NCBI GenBank assembly: GCA_965198225.1
Contig: CBDAOY010000005.1
Span: 384,001 to 448,000 of the forward strand
DNA: 64,000 nt
Direction of reading: 5' to 3'
Source of the DNA: Terriglobia bacterium
Lineage (GTDB): Bacteria; Acidobacteriota; Terriglobia; 20CM-2-55-15
The notes under the pieces were generated by a model. It was not told where the DNA came from. It ran no database searches and was given only the letters and a program-made list of their open reading frames with translations. Below are positions 15,766-26,926 of the stretch, one piece after another (position 1 is the stretch's first letter; each line of letters begins with the position of its first letter). The translations under genes and the position numbers were made by a program.

Positions 15766-18635
15766 CTAACGCTCCCTCGCCAGATCCGCCTCCGCCGCGA
15801 TGAAGCCGAACGCGGCCCATTGTGAACCCTTAACGATCGTCTCCAGGACTTCCTGCGCGCGTTCGGGCTGCCCGTTGGCCCGGTACCAGCTCGCGACGGC
15901 GTAGCCGTAGGTTGCACTCGCCAGACCGCCGGCAGTCGTGGCGAGCAGGTCCGATGCTTCCTTCTCGCCCTTGTAGACCAGCAGTCGATCCAGGTATGCG
16001 GTATTTTCGATGACCTGGATGTCGGCGTGGATCGGACGCAGGATCTGCTCCGCGTCCTCGCTGCGGCCGAGCGCGTCAGTGCCAGGTAGAGCCAGTCCGT
16101 CGACGCGACCAGCCTGTCGTTGCTCCCGAGTCCGGAGAACTTCAGACACTCGCGAAAGCTCCGTTCAGCTTCCTGGAAGTCACCTTGGAAGTAGTAGGCC
16201 AAACCCAGGTGATACCAGATGTTGAAATGAGACGTGCTCACCGGTGTGTTCTCGGCGTTCGGCAACCCATCGGGCTCGACCTCGTCGGGCACGCCGGCGA
16301 TCAGCGTGGTCGCGAGTTCCAGGTCCGCAGCGGCTTTGTCGAACTGACGTGTCGTCAGGTAGCGGTGCCCGCGATGCCGCAGCAGTTTGTAACTGTCGGG
16401 ATGCTTATCGATCCCGCGCGAATAGACAGCGATGGCATCCCGATAACGGCCCAGGTAGGCCATGCGCCGTCCGACCCAGATGATCCTCTCTTCGTCCTCC
16501 GGATCCAGCGCAAACTCCGCGGTCGCGGCATTGAGGTTGTCTTCGAATCTCTTTCGGGTATCGACGTCCAGGACGACCGGAAAGAGAGGTACGCCGAGCA
16601 ACGATGTGGCCTCTGGGGTTCTTCCCTTCTCCTCGTTCGAGGTCACCTTCTCCGGCCGCAAAAACCGGTCGTACCACGCGATGTACCGGTTGTAGCGGTC
16701 CACCTGGTAGCTGGGCTTCCGGATACCGTGATTCTGACCGGGATAGATCACCAACTCGGTTTCCCGGCCGAGTCTCCGCAACGCCTGGTACATCTGCTCG
16801 GAGTTCAGAGTCGGCACGTTCATGTCTTCCGCACCGCCCATCAACAGGGTCGGCGTCACGATCTCGTCGACCCGGAACCATGGCGAGATCTTCATCCAGA
16901 GATCGGTGTTCCGCCACGGAAGACCGAGTTCGGCTTCCCACTGGCGCTGGTAGTGGTCGGTCCCGTAGTTCGACAGGTAGTTCACCTCGCTTGCACCCGA
17001 GATCGCGGCCTTGAAACGAGCGGTTTGCGTGATGACATAGTTGGTGAGGATGCCGCCGTAACTCCACCCCCCGACACCCAGGCGATCCGGATCCCCAACG
17101 CCCATTTCGATCGCTCGGTCGAGGGCCGACATCACATCCTGGAAGTCCTTGTTGCCCCAATCGGCCCAGATGGCGTAGCTGAAGTCGCGGCCGTAGCCGG
17201 AGGATCCCCGCGGGTTGGCGGCCACCACGGCATACCCCTGGGCGGCGAGGATCTGCCATTCCACATTGAACGCCGGGGTGAACTGCGAAACCGGACCGCC
17301 GTGAATGCGCAGAAGCAGCGGAAGCCTCTCTCCCTCGGGCGCGTCCGCCGGCCGCGTCAGGAAGGCATCGATCATGGTTCCGTCGGCGCTTCTGGCACGA
17401 ATCCGTTCAACGTCACCGAGTTGGATACCTTCCAGGAACTGGTCGTTCGCACGAGAGATCCGCTCGAGCAAACCGTCTTCGACGCGAGAAACTTCATAGG
17501 GCTGGTGGGGCTGGCTCTGGAGGACAATCGTTTCCCCTCCTGCGGCCATGTCGAACTGACGGATGCTCAACTCGCCGTCGATGACTCGTTCGACATCGCC
17601 GCCTGCGACCGGGACTCGTGCGAGATGGTTGTTCCCGCCGTCCTCCAGCAGAAAGTAGATCCATTCGCCCGATGGATCGAACCGAGGGCGGCGCCCGTTT
17701 CGATCCAGTTCCAGCGTCAACGCCCTGCTGGACGAGCCGTCCAAAGAGACGACGGCCAGGTGGCTGACCGCGTACCAGATGTCTTCCGGGGCCCCTCCGG
17801 CAACGTAGACAATGGATTGACCGTCGGGGCTGAACGCGGGTGACGAATCGGTGCCCGGCGATGTGGTCAGCGCGCGGGGGGGCTGGCCGGGGACGGCACG
17901 CACGATGAAGATGTCGTTGTTGGCGTTGGAATCCGGCTCCTCTGTGCGGTTGCTGACAAAGGCCACCCATTCTCCGTCGGGCGACCAGACGGGACTGGAG
18001 TCGTCATAGGGTCCGTCGGTAATCTGCGTGGGTTCCTTTTCTTCGATGTCGAAGACGTAGATGTGGCGACGACGCTCGTCAAGATACCCCTGTCCATCCC
18101 GCTTGAACTGCAACCGGCGGACGACGATGGGGTCCTCGGCTTTGTCCTCCTCCTCCTCCTCCTCGTCGGCGGCATCCGGATCCTCGTCGCGGATGATCAG
18201 CGCCAGACGGCCGCCGTCGGGCGACCAGGTGAAGCCGGAAACACCGGGCTTGATGTCGGTGAGCTTCTTCGCCTCCCCTCCACGTCGGTCCAGCAGCCAT
18301 ACCTGATTGGTGTCGCCTTCCCGACCGGACAGAAACGCCAGGTATCGGCCGTCGGGGCTCCATCGCGGAGAATTCTCGCTCTTCGGGCTCGATGTCACCT
18401 GAAGCGTGTCCTCGCCGTCGAGCGACACCATGTAGATGTCGGTGTCCGAGTTGTCTTCCTGGGAATTCATCTGTGAGACCGTGTAGGCGACCCACCGGGC
18501 GTCGGGGCTGATACGCGGGTCGCCGACCGTCTTCAGCTCGAAGATGTCGTCGACCGACATCAGTCGTCTCTCCTGAGCCCCAAGAGCGGTCGCCAGCAGC
18601 AGCGCGAAGGTCACGGACAGGGCACTTCGTTTCAT
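15766..18635 (-). CDS. Exported S9 family peptidase (beta-propeller + hydrolase) fused to a TPR domain; 1-bp frameshift near 16071
   Basis: Signal peptide MKRSAL..; repeated WSPDG; IHGGP, GWSYGG, D.NVP, HG. The TPR C-terminus continues in the 15766..16149 frame (LGRSEDAEQIL..FIAAEADL). Confidence 0.88.
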
Positions 18636-18803
18636 GCTCACCTCTGGTAGAAAAAGCGGTTCAGCCCTGAAACCTAGCGTGTTTCCAGCCAGGAAGCCAA
18701 CGTTTTCCGACCGTTTCAGAGTTGTGATAATCTCCCGTTTGAGCACCACGATGCCGGCGGAGATCGACGCAACAGGCAGGACACACCGAGGGGGTACATC
18801 GTA

Positions 18804-20438
18804 ATGAACGCACGGGCAAACTTTCGAATTCTGACGAGCGAAATGGTCGTTCTGTGTCTGATGGCCGTGACGGCTTCATCGGCTTCGGCACAGGATTCCG
18901 GTCTCCGTTTCGAAATATCCGTGCCGGCCGACGTGCGACCGGAACCGACGACGGGTCGGGTCTACCTGATGATCTCGCGCACAGACGAGCCCGCGCCGTA
19001 CTTGCAGATCGGACGCACGGGCACACCCTTTTTCGGCCGCGACATCGAGGCGCTGCCCGCGGGCGAAGCAGGCATCATCGACGCCACCGACCTGGGAACG
19101 CCCGTGCCCAGCCTGAGCGAGATCCCGCCCGGCGAGTATTTCGTCCAGGGGTTCGTGAACATCTACTCGGAGTTCAAACGGGCTGACGGCCACGTGGTGT
19201 GGATGCACGACGACCAGTGGGAGGGCCAGCACTGGAACCGATCGCCGGGGAACCTCTACAGCGACGCCCAACGAGTCCGCATCGCCCCAGCTTCCGACGA
19301 CGTCATCCGGCTGGAAGCGAAGAACGTCATCCCGCCCGTGGTGATACCACCCGATACCCAGTGGGTCCGGCGGTTCCGTTTCCAGAGCGACATGCTTTCG
19401 GAATTCTGGGGACGCCCTGTCTACCTGGGGGCAACGGTTCTGCTCCCGAGGGATTACGATCGCACCACGTTCGATTACCCGGTCATCTACGAGCAGGGCC
19501 ACTTCTCGCTCCGGGCCCCGATGCGCTTCACCGTGGGCGGCGACCTCTACGACGACTGGGTGCAGGACAACTTCCCGAGGATGATCGTCGTCACGTTCCA
19601 GCACCCGAACCCCTACTTCGACGACTCCTACGCCGTCAACTCGGTCAACGTCGGACCGTACGGCGACGCGATCCTGCAGGAGTTGATACCCGAGATCGAG
19701 GCCCGCTATCGGGTCATCGATCAACCGTGGGCCCGCGCGCTCACGGGGGGATCAACCGGAGGATGGGAGGCTCTCGCCCTGCAGGTATTCCACCCCGATT
19801 TCTTCGGCGGCACGTGGTCGTACTGCCCCGACCCGGTTACCTTCTACGACGTCGAAGGCATCAACGTCTACGAAGACGGGAACGCCTTCTACAAGCAGCA
19901 CGAATGGCGAAGGGTTCCCACGCCCAACACCCGCGAAACCAACGGCGAGATCCGACTGACCTCACAGCAGCGGAACCACTTCGAGCTGGTGAACGGAACG
20001 AAAGGCCGTTCGGGTCAGCAACTCGACATCTGGTCGGCCGTAAACGGTCCTCTGGGAGATGACGGTTACTTCAAGCCGCTATTCGACAAGTTCACCGGCG
20101 AGATCGATCCCGAGGTCGCCCGGTACTGGAAGGACAACTTCGACCTGATGCATTACCTCGAAAGGAACTGGTCCCAGATCGGGTACAAGCTCATCGACAA
20201 GATTCACGTCTACACGGGAACAATGGACAACTTCTACCTGAACAACTCGACGAAGATGCTCGAGGAATGGATGAAGACGACGAGCGACCCGCACTACGAG
20301 GGGTTCTTCCTGTACGGAGACGGCGAGGGACACTGCTGGAGCGGACCGGTGACCCAGGGAGAGCGGCTGAAGGAAATCGGCCAGCACATGCTGAACAAGA
20401 TGCCGGACGGCACGACAACGTCGTGGTGGAGGTACTGA
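18804..20438 (+). CDS. Exported alpha/beta-hydrolase (putative esterase family)
   Basis: Signal peptide ..ASA|Q; LLP.DY, ELIP.IE, nucleophile GGSTGG, C-terminal H. Confidence 0.8.
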   Translation: MNARANFRILTSEMVVLCLMAVTASSASAQDSGLRFEISVPADVRPEPTTGRVYLMISRTDEPAPYLQIGRTGTPFFGRDIEALPAGEAGIIDATDLGTPVPSLSEIPPGEYFVQGFVNIYSEFKRADGHVVWMHDDQWEGQHWNRSPGNLYSDAQRVRIAPASDDVIRLEAKNVIPPVVIPPDTQWVRRFRFQSDMLSEFWGRPVYLGATVLLPRDYDRTTFDYPVIYEQGHFSLRAPMRFTVGGDLYDDWVQDNFPRMIVVTFQHPNPYFDDSYAVNSVNVGPYGDAILQELIPEIEARYRVIDQPWARALTGGSTGGWEALALQVFHPDFFGGTWSYCPDPVTFYDVEGINVYEDGNAFYKQHEWRRVPTPNTRETNGEIRLTSQQRNHFELVNGTKGRSGQQLDIWSAVNGPLGDDGYFKPLFDKFTGEIDPEVARYWKDNFDLMHYLERNWSQIGYKLIDKIHVYTGTMDNFYLNNSTKMLEEWMKTTSDPHYEGFFLYGDGEGHCWSGPVTQGERLKEIGQHMLNKMPDGTTTSWWRY

Positions 20439-20456
20439 GGGGACGTAGGCCGTTTT

Positions 20457-20526
20457 GTGTAGGTGCGGTCTATGACCGCACATCCTTCGAACCGGGACGC
20501 TTTGCGCTCATAGAGCGCCCCTACAC
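20457..20526. repeat. GTAG-type REP doublet (family A), overlapping the TerC stop codon
   Basis: gtgtaggtgcggtctatgaccgcac ... gcgctcatagagcgcccctacac. Confidence 0.9.
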
Positions 20527-21540
20527 TTCTTCGGACCCGACCTTGGGCCAAATCAGGGAAACGACGACCGAGACGGCCAGGACTGTCAGGATAAATCCGA
20601 GCGAAACACCGATCGGAAAGTGTCCGTCGTAGAGGTCGTTGAGCCACACCATCTTCAAGCCGACAAAAATGAGGACGATCGCAAGCCCGTACTTGAGCAG
20701 GTGGAACTTGTCCATCGCCCCTGCCAACAGGAAGTAGATGGACCGGAGGCCCAGTATCGCCGCCAGGTTGGACGTGAACACGATGAGCGGCTCGGAAGTG
20801 ATCGCGAACACGGCCGGGACGGAGTCGACGGCAAAAACGATGTCGGTCGCTTCCAGGAACAAAAGCGCAACAACCAGCGGCGTGCCGTACATCACGCCGT
20901 CGAGTCGCACGAAGAAGCGCTGGCCGTGCAGCGAGGTGGTGACTGGGACGAACCTCCGGAACAGCTTGATGAGCGGGTTTTTCTCCGGTTCGACTTTGTC
21001 TTCCGGCGCGTACATCAGCCGGACGCCGGTGAAGATGAGAAAGGCGCCGAACAGGAGGACCACGAAGTGGTACTGGATCAGCACGGCTCCCACGACTATG
21101 AAGATGGTCCGGAACACGAAGGCGCCGAGGATGCCGTAGAACAGAACACGGTGCTGGTAGCGGGAAGGGATGCCGAAGTAGGTAAAGACAACCACGAAAA
21201 CGAAGATGTTGTCGACGGACAACGATTCCTCGACAACGTAGCCGGTGAAGAACTCCAGTGCCACTCGCCATGCCTCGGTCGCGGCATCGAAGCCCGGAAT
21301 CGCCTGCAGGCGCGGGTCGTGTGCGAACTTCCACAGTGAGTAGCGCCAGAGACCGAAGTTGAACAGCAGGGCCAGCGACACCCAGATCGAAACCCAGACA
21401 CCGGCCTCCTTGATCGAGACTTCGTGGGCCTCGCGATGGAACACACCCAGGTCGATCGCGAGCAGCAGCGCGACGCCGCCGACGAACGAAACGTACAGCC
21501 ACCAGTACTCGGCAAACGGAAATAACTGGACGTCTTCCAT
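20521..21540 (-). CDS. TerC/Alx family membrane protein (Mn homeostasis)
   Basis: E.SLSVDNIFVF, QHRVLFYG, E.TDIVFAVDSVPA, FTSN..AILGLRS; ATG at 21540 lies downstream of the riboswitch terminator. Confidence 0.93.
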   Translation of the reverse strand: MEDVQLFPFAEYWWLYVSFVGGVALLLAIDLGVFHREAHEVSIKEAGVWVSIWVSLALLFNFGLWRYSLWKFAHDPRLQAIPGFDAATEAWRVALEFFTGYVVEESLSVDNIFVFVVVFTYFGIPSRYQHRVLFYGILGAFVFRTIFIVVGAVLIQYHFVVLLFGAFLIFTGVRLMYAPEDKVEPEKNPLIKLFRRFVPVTTSLHGQRFFVRLDGVMYGTPLVVALLFLEATDIVFAVDSVPAVFAITSEPLIVFTSNLAAILGLRSIYFLLAGAMDKFHLLKYGLAIVLIFVGLKMVWLNDLYDGHFPIGVSLGFILTVLAVSVVVSLIWPKVGSEEV

Positions 21541-21561
21541 ATCGATTCTCAGCCCTGGGCC

Positions 21562-21598
21562 AAAAAAAAGACCCTCTGCGGCACCTCCGCAAAAGGTC
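21562..21598 (-). terminator. Intrinsic terminator (riboswitch expression platform)
   Basis: GACCUUUUGCGG-AGGUG-CCGCAGAGGGUC followed by U8. Confidence 0.85.
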
Positions 21599-21703
21599 TG
21601 GATCCGCGGCGGATACCTCGCACGCCGCGCCAGCAAGCCGGATCGTCGGTTGCTCCGATGACCGTATTGACGACCTGCCGGATCTTGATCTACTCCCCTC
21701 CAG
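21594..21703 (-). ncRNA. yybP-ykoY (Mn2+) riboswitch
   Basis: AGGGGAGUAG start, CGUCAAUACG core, CUGGA/UCCAG closing stem abutting the terminator; sits upstream of a TerC gene, the family's typical context. Confidence 0.85.
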
Positions 21704-21785
21704 CTAAGACAAACGCTACACGAGTCCAGGGTCTAGATCAATCCGGAAAGTGACAAGTGACAAGCAGGAATGTGACAGGTCGGTT

Positions 21786-21967
21786 GTAGGTGCGCTCTAT
21801 GAGCGGACACTGTTCCGGCTTGAGGGAGGCGTGGGGGGACCGGACCAGCTGTCTTTCTCCACACACCCGCGCACTGCGATGCATACTCGAACGCTCAAGT
21901 TTTCGTATGGGGGGGGACGGTGGGCCCGCCGCTAATGAGTGGTTCCGGTCATAGACCGCACCTACAC
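21786..21967. repeat. Family A REP pair with an unusually long (~135 bp) spacer
   Basis: gtaggtgcgctctatgagcg at 21786 and cggtcatagaccgcacctacac ending at 21967. Confidence 0.8.
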
Positions 21968-21974
21968 CAACTGG

Positions 21975-24458
21975 CTACTGGCTGATGTCGAACTTGATTC
22001 CGGCCGTCATCGTGCGGGGCAGGCCGGGGCGAACACCCGCGGGACGGCGAGCCGCGACATAGGTGGCATCCGTCAGGTTCTGGATACCGACGAACAGCCG
22101 GGCGGACTCGGCGACCCGGTAATCCCCCGTCAGGTTTACCAGGAATCGCGAATCGGTCGCATCCTCGGGCGCGATCGGGCCGCTCCCGGCTTCCACCCGC
22201 ATCCGGCTCATGTAGCCGGCCGACACGCCGAGGCTCCAGCGCGGTTTCTCCAGCGTCACACCGGCATGGAGGTTATGGGCGGGCAGGTAGGGCACCTTGT
22301 CTCCACGACGAACATCACCCCAGGGTCCGAAGTCGCTGTCGAAGTCGCTCTGGAACCGGGCATCCGTGAAGGTATAGGCCATACGCACCGGCAGGCTGAA
22401 GTCGGTGCCGATGGCCGCCGCCGGGTTGAATCCAGCTGAAGCCTCCAGGCCGATCACCCGTGCTCCGCCGCCATTGAACAGTTCTCCTGTACCCTCTCCG
22501 CCGGTCGAGAGCGTGTCTCTCCCCAACAGGTTGCTGTAGTCGTTGTAGAATCCCACGAGCTCAACCCGTGCGGCGCGGCGCGTCCAGCGAAAGCCGCCTT
22601 CATAGTTGATACTCTCCTCGGCCTCGGTGTCTTCGGACGATCCCGGGCCCGGCGGACCGAAACCTTTGTTCAGCCCTGCAAACACCCCTATTGCCCCATT
22701 CAGATCAAACGTGATTCCGACTCCCGGCACGAACACGTCGAGGGCATTCCGACGCACTCGAGTGGGCGCGGAACGATTCGGGTCGGCCTTGGAATAGTCG
22801 GTCCGGATCAGCTCGATGTGCTCGTAGCGGAAACCCGGCCGCAGCGTCCACGGACCCCACTTAAGCTCATCCTCCGCGAAAAAGGCCCAGCTGCGCCCCT
22901 TGCTGATCCGGTTGGACTGACTACCGGGGGCACCGGCGCTCGTCAGAGTCATCCGGCCCTCAGCCATCTGGAAGCCATCCTCGTGCTGAAAGCGGTCCTC
23001 CTCGTCACGGTGATAACGAAAGCCAAACTCAAAACTCTGGTCGATGCGTTTCGAATTCGTGCGTACACCCACCACCGATTGCACTCCGGAGGAAACGTAG
23101 GCGCGATTGTTCGCACGCAGACGTAGAGTGTCGACGCCGCTGTCTGCGCCTTTCGCGATACGCAGTTCCTCGGCGTAGGACACGGGGTCTCCCAGGACAT
23201 TGGCGATGCTCACTCCGGAAATGCTCTGAAGCTTGTACCAGTTCCGGGCAAAGTTGTTCCGGTAGGCCGTTACGGTCAGATCGATATTGGGGGCCAGACC
23301 CGCGAAGTATCGCGCCTGGTACTGTTCGTGGTCACCATAGAAGACGTCCTTTTGTGAGGCGGCATATCGTCTGGTCGGGTGTCGGGCGAAGTCGTCGTCA
23401 GTCACACCGAGATAGGTTTCGTTAGAGGTCTGGTTCGTCTTTCCCAGCTTGATCTCGATGGCCTGGTAGAGGTCGGCTCCGGGTCCGGAGTTAAAGCGGA
23501 ACTTACCGACGTAATCGTTTATCTTGAATCCCGTGTCGCCGCCATCGTCGAGCTGCTTGAAACCCTTCGTGTCGATCTGGTACGTCTCGAAAAGCCAGCC
23601 GAATCGATCGCGGGAGTCTCCGAACCGGACGTATCCCTTCGCGGTCCCGTGCGCCCCACCGCTGATCGTCCCGGCTGCTCTAAGGGAATCGGGTATCGAA
23701 GAGGAAATCAGGTTCAGCGCTCCACCGTTGGTCTGTGGACCGAACTTGATCTGGCTCGACCCCTTTCGGACCTCGATGGCTTCCATGCGTCCAGGAACCG
23801 GGAAGTAATAAGCCGACGGAGCGGCATAGGGCGCCGGTGCGATCAGGACGCCGTCCTCCATGACCGTGATCTTCGCGCTCCGTTCGACACCCGTCCCACG
23901 CATACCGATGTTTGGCCTCAGGCCGAAGCCTTCTTCCTCCTGGATGTTGACGCCGGGGACCGGGGCGAGCAACTTGTGGATGTCATCGAAGGAGATCTTC
24001 TGTTTCTCCAGCTGTTCGCCGGCGACGTAGTGCGCGGAACCTGGAATCATGGTGGCCTCAGACGGGCTGGCAACCACCATCATGCGCTCCTGAATGATCA
24101 GGCCGGGGTCCAGTTCGAGACTCCGGTTAACAATGCGGTGCTCTCCTCTACCGACTATGACGGTTTCCAGATCGGTGCGAAAATCAGACGCTTCGACGCG
24201 CAGCTCGTATGCCGCGGCTGCAAGTCCCTCGAACCGGAAGGCGCCGACATCGTCGCTGGTCATCACGCGAGTTGAACCGTCCGGTGAAATCAGGAGCACC
24301 GAAGCTCCCGGAATCACCGCCCCCGATGGATCGAGTACTCTTCCCGACAACGAAGCGCCAGCGTCTTGCGCCCGACCGTGCACAGGCGATTGACAAAGGA
24401 GCAGTAGGGGTATGAAGACAGCGAATGAGCGAAAACAGGCGCGCGAACCGAAAATCAT
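21975..24458 (-). CDS. TonB-dependent receptor, FecA-like, with N-terminal carboxypeptidase-regulatory-like domain
   Basis: [17 protein letters not shown]; plug [31 protein letters not shown]; C-terminal NLTD..Y...PGLPRT; RBS GGAGG before ATG 24458. Confidence 0.92.
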   Translation of the reverse strand: MIFGSRACFRSFAVFIPLLLLCQSPVHGRAQDAGASLSGRVLDPSGAVIPGASVLLISPDGSTRVMTSDDVGAFRFEGLAAAAYELRVEASDFRTDLETVIVGRGEHRIVNRSLELDPGLIIQERMMVVASPSEATMIPGSAHYVAGEQLEKQKISFDDIHKLLAPVPGVNIQEEEGFGLRPNIGMRGTGVERSAKITVMEDGVLIAPAPYAAPSAYYFPVPGRMEAIEVRKGSSQIKFGPQTNGGALNLISSSIPDSLRAAGTISGGAHGTAKGYVRFGDSRDRFGWLFETYQIDTKGFKQLDDGGDTGFKINDYVGKFRFNSGPGADLYQAIEIKLGKTNQTSNETYLGVTDDDFARHPTRRYAASQKDVFYGDHEQYQARYFAGLAPNIDLTVTAYRNNFARNWYKLQSISGVSIANVLGDPVSYAEELRIAKGADSGVDTLRLRANNRAYVSSGVQSVVGVRTNSKRIDQSFEFGFRYHRDEEDRFQHEDGFQMAEGRMTLTSAGAPGSQSNRISKGRSWAFFAEDELKWGPWTLRPGFRYEHIELIRTDYSKADPNRSAPTRVRRNALDVFVPGVGITFDLNGAIGVFAGLNKGFGPPGPGSSEDTEAEESINYEGGFRWTRRAARVELVGFYNDYSNLLGRDTLSTGGEGTGELFNGGGARVIGLEASAGFNPAAAIGTDFSLPVRMAYTFTDARFQSDFDSDFGPWGDVRRGDKVPYLPAHNLHAGVTLEKPRWSLGVSAGYMSRMRVEAGSGPIAPEDATDSRFLVNLTGDYRVAESARLFVGIQNLTDATYVAARRPAGVRPGLPRTMTAGIKFDISQ

Positions 24459-24704
24459 GGTCCTCCGTAAGCCCAGCTTGCGAAGCTGTAGCGACGAGCA
24501 GCGGATGAGCGGAGTTGATTGCCGTTCGAAGGATGGGCGCGGCCAAACTGGTATAATGGCCCCGCGCGTTTTTACCTGTTTGACAACCGCGCTACCGAAG
24601 GGATGTGCTGCCACCAACAGTGCATCCCTTTTCCCCTTGTTGGGTGTTTCTCAACCCGCCAACCGGTACCATTATCGAGCAGGAGCCACGGACGGTCAAC
24701 GTGA

Positions 24705-24725
24705 AAATGAAAACCATTCTCATTT
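24705..24725. promoter_or_regulatory. Fur-box-like palindrome
   Basis: AAATGAAAAC-C-ATTCTCATTT, an AT-rich inverted repeat between the divergent TonB receptor and bioB. Confidence 0.7.
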
Positions 24726-24807
24726 AGAGGCGGGCTCCCCACCACGGCTCTTCGCAAATTCCGGTATAATTCGCTTCTTCTTTGAACCCTGTGATGTGAG
24801 AGAGGGA

Positions 24808-25791
24808 ATGAGTTCGACGCTAGAAACGACGTTGACCGGACCGCTGCGCTACGACTGGAGCCGCGACGAGGTGCGGGGGATCTTCAACCAGCCGCTATTG
24901 ACCCTGATCGCTCACGCGCAGCGACTTCACCTGCAGCACCACAAGGCACGGGAGGTGCAACTCTGCCAGCTGATATCGATCAAGACCGGCGGCTGCCCCG
25001 AAGACTGTGCCTACTGTCCGCAGAGCGCCCACTACGAAACCAATGTGGATAACGAAGGATTACTCGACGTCCTCCACGTCCTCGAGGTTGCGTCAAAGGC
25101 TCGAGAGCAAGGTGTGAGCCGGTTCTGTATGGGTGCCGCATGGCGCGAGATCAAAGATGGTCCGGAGTTCGACAAGGTGCTGGAGATGGTCCGCGGTGTC
25201 TCATCGATGGGTATGGAGGTCTGCTGCACGCTCGGTATGCTGACCGACTCGCAAGCTCGGCGACTGGCGGATGCTGGTCTTCACGCCTACAACCACAACC
25301 TGGACACGTCACCGGAATACTACGAGAAGATCATCACGACGCGCAGCTACCAGGATCGGCTGCAGACTCTGAAATCGGTTCGAAGAGCCGGCATCACCGT
25401 ATGCTGCGGCGGAATCATCGGCATGGGCGAATCCGACGAAGACCGAACCGGACTCCTCCACCAGCTTTCAATCCAGGAACCGCACCCTGAGAGCGTTCCC
25501 ATCAACGTTCTCGTGCAAGTCGAAGGAACCCCTGTGACCCCGACCGAGCCGGTGGACCCGTTCGTTCTCGTGCGCATGATCGCAACCGCACGCATCCTCA
25601 TGCCGGTATCCCGGGTCCGCCTCAGCGCCGGGCGGCGCTCACTCAGCAGGGAATGCGTGACGCTTTGCTTCATAGCCGGTGCCAACTCGATCTTCGTCGG
25701 GGACAAGCTGCTCACCACACCGAACCCACAACGATCCGAAGACGACCAGCTGCTGGAAGACCTCGACCTCATCCCCCTCAGCAATGATTGA
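24808..25791 (+). CDS. bioB: Biotin synthase
   Basis: [16 protein letters not shown] radical-SAM motif, [22 protein letters not shown]. Confidence 0.97.
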   Translation: MSSTLETTLTGPLRYDWSRDEVRGIFNQPLLTLIAHAQRLHLQHHKAREVQLCQLISIKTGGCPEDCAYCPQSAHYETNVDNEGLLDVLHVLEVASKAREQGVSRFCMGAAWREIKDGPEFDKVLEMVRGVSSMGMEVCCTLGMLTDSQARRLADAGLHAYNHNLDTSPEYYEKIITTRSYQDRLQTLKSVRRAGITVCCGGIIGMGESDEDRTGLLHQLSIQEPHPESVPINVLVQVEGTPVTPTEPVDPFVLVRMIATARILMPVSRVRLSAGRRSLSRECVTLCFIAGANSIFVGDKLLTTPNPQRSEDDQLLEDLDLIPLSND

Positions 25792-26926
25792 TCGGGCGTC
25801 TGAACGCCTCGCCGCCGAGCTTGATTTGCTCCGGTCCCGTTCCGAGTTCCGCCGCCTGGAATCGATGGGAGCGGCGAACTTCTGCTCGAACGACTACCTG
25901 GGACTGGCCAGGCATCCCGAATTGGGCCGCGCCGTCTCGGAAGCGATCGCCCAGTGCGGGCGCGTGGCGTCCACCGGTTCTCGTCTGTTGTCGGGACACG
26001 TCCCCGCATGGGAAGCGCTCGAGGCGGAGTTCGCGTCCTGGATCGGCTCCGATGCTGCCCTTTTCTTCAGTTCGGGCTACGCCGCAAACACGGGTCTGCT
26101 CGGCTCGATCCTGCGAGACAGTGATGTCGTCTTCTCCGACAGCGCCAACCACGCGAGCCTCATCGACGGCCTGCGTCTTTCGAAAGCACGCCGCGTGATT
26201 GTGCCTCACCTGGATCTGAATGCCCTGGAGGAAGCTCTGAAGAACGAGAACGACCTCCTGGGTGAGCGGTTCATCGTCGTCGAGAGCATATTCAGCATGG
26301 ACGGGGACCGCTCTTCGATCGCGGATCTCTCCATGCTTGCCGACCGGTACGACGCCCACCTGATCGTCGACGAGGCCCATGCCACCGGAGTGTCGGGTCC
26401 CGAGGGTCGCGGAGAAGTCGCCGCCGCCCGGCGGCCCGGAAATGTGTTTGCGACCATCCACACCTGTGGAAAGGCCCTGGCGTCGGCCGGGGCTTTCGTC
26501 GCGGGTTCCGAAACCCTGAAGGACTTCCTGATCAACCGCGCCCGCACCTTCATATTCAGCACGGCTCTCCCCCCTTACATGGCGTCCCAGATCCACACGG
26601 CGATGCGGCTGGCCCGAGGGGCCGGTGACAAACGAACCTTGTTGTCGAGGATGGCCGACGGACTCCGGACTCGGCTCCGTGACGGGGGCCTGGACTGCGG
26701 CAGGAGCGATTCACAGATCATACCCGTGCTGCTCGGAACCAACCAGGAAGCTCTAAGGGTATCCGACATACTGCAGCGCAGGGGCCTCCTCGTGCGGGCG
26801 ATCCGGCCTCCGACTGTGCCGGAGGGCACTTCCCGGCTGCGACTCTCGCTCAACACGACGATTCCACCACAGGTGATCGACGAGCTCGTCGACGTTCTTC
26901 GTGCGATTCCGGCTGAGGCGAAATGA
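25784..26926 (+). CDS. bioF: 8-amino-7-oxononanoate synthase
   Basis: [41 protein letters not shown]. Confidence 0.95.
   Translation: MIDRASERLAAELDLLRSRSEFRRLESMGAANFCSNDYLGLARHPELGRAVSEAIAQCGRVASTGSRLLSGHVPAWEALEAEFASWIGSDAALFFSSGYAANTGLLGSILRDSDVVFSDSANHASLIDGLRLSKARRVIVPHLDLNALEEALKNENDLLGERFIVVESIFSMDGDRSSIADLSMLADRYDAHLIVDEAHATGVSGPEGRGEVAAARRPGNVFATIHTCGKALASAGAFVAGSETLKDFLINRARTFIFSTALPPYMASQIHTAMRLARGAGDKRTLLSRMADGLRTRLRDGGLDCGRSDSQIIPVLLGTNQEALRVSDILQRRGLLVRAIRPPTVPEGTSRLRLSLNTTIPPQVIDELVDVLRAIPAEAK

Noticed and set aside
18143-18166. (TCC)n trinucleotide run as a phase-variable repeat
   Set aside because: It encodes an in-frame acidic linker (DEEEEEED) in the S9 peptidase; unit changes would not shift the frame.
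24459-24700. Cobalamin riboswitch upstream of the TonB receptor
   Set aside because: No B12-box or other conserved core recognised; receptor type and Fur-like box fit iron uptake better.
24412-24807. Long N-terminal extensions in the ORF track (bioB, bioF, bioA, TerC, TonB receptor, secA, S9 peptidase)
   Set aside because: Downstream starts with RBS or stop-start coupling match family lengths, and the extensions overlap regulatory DNA or other genes.
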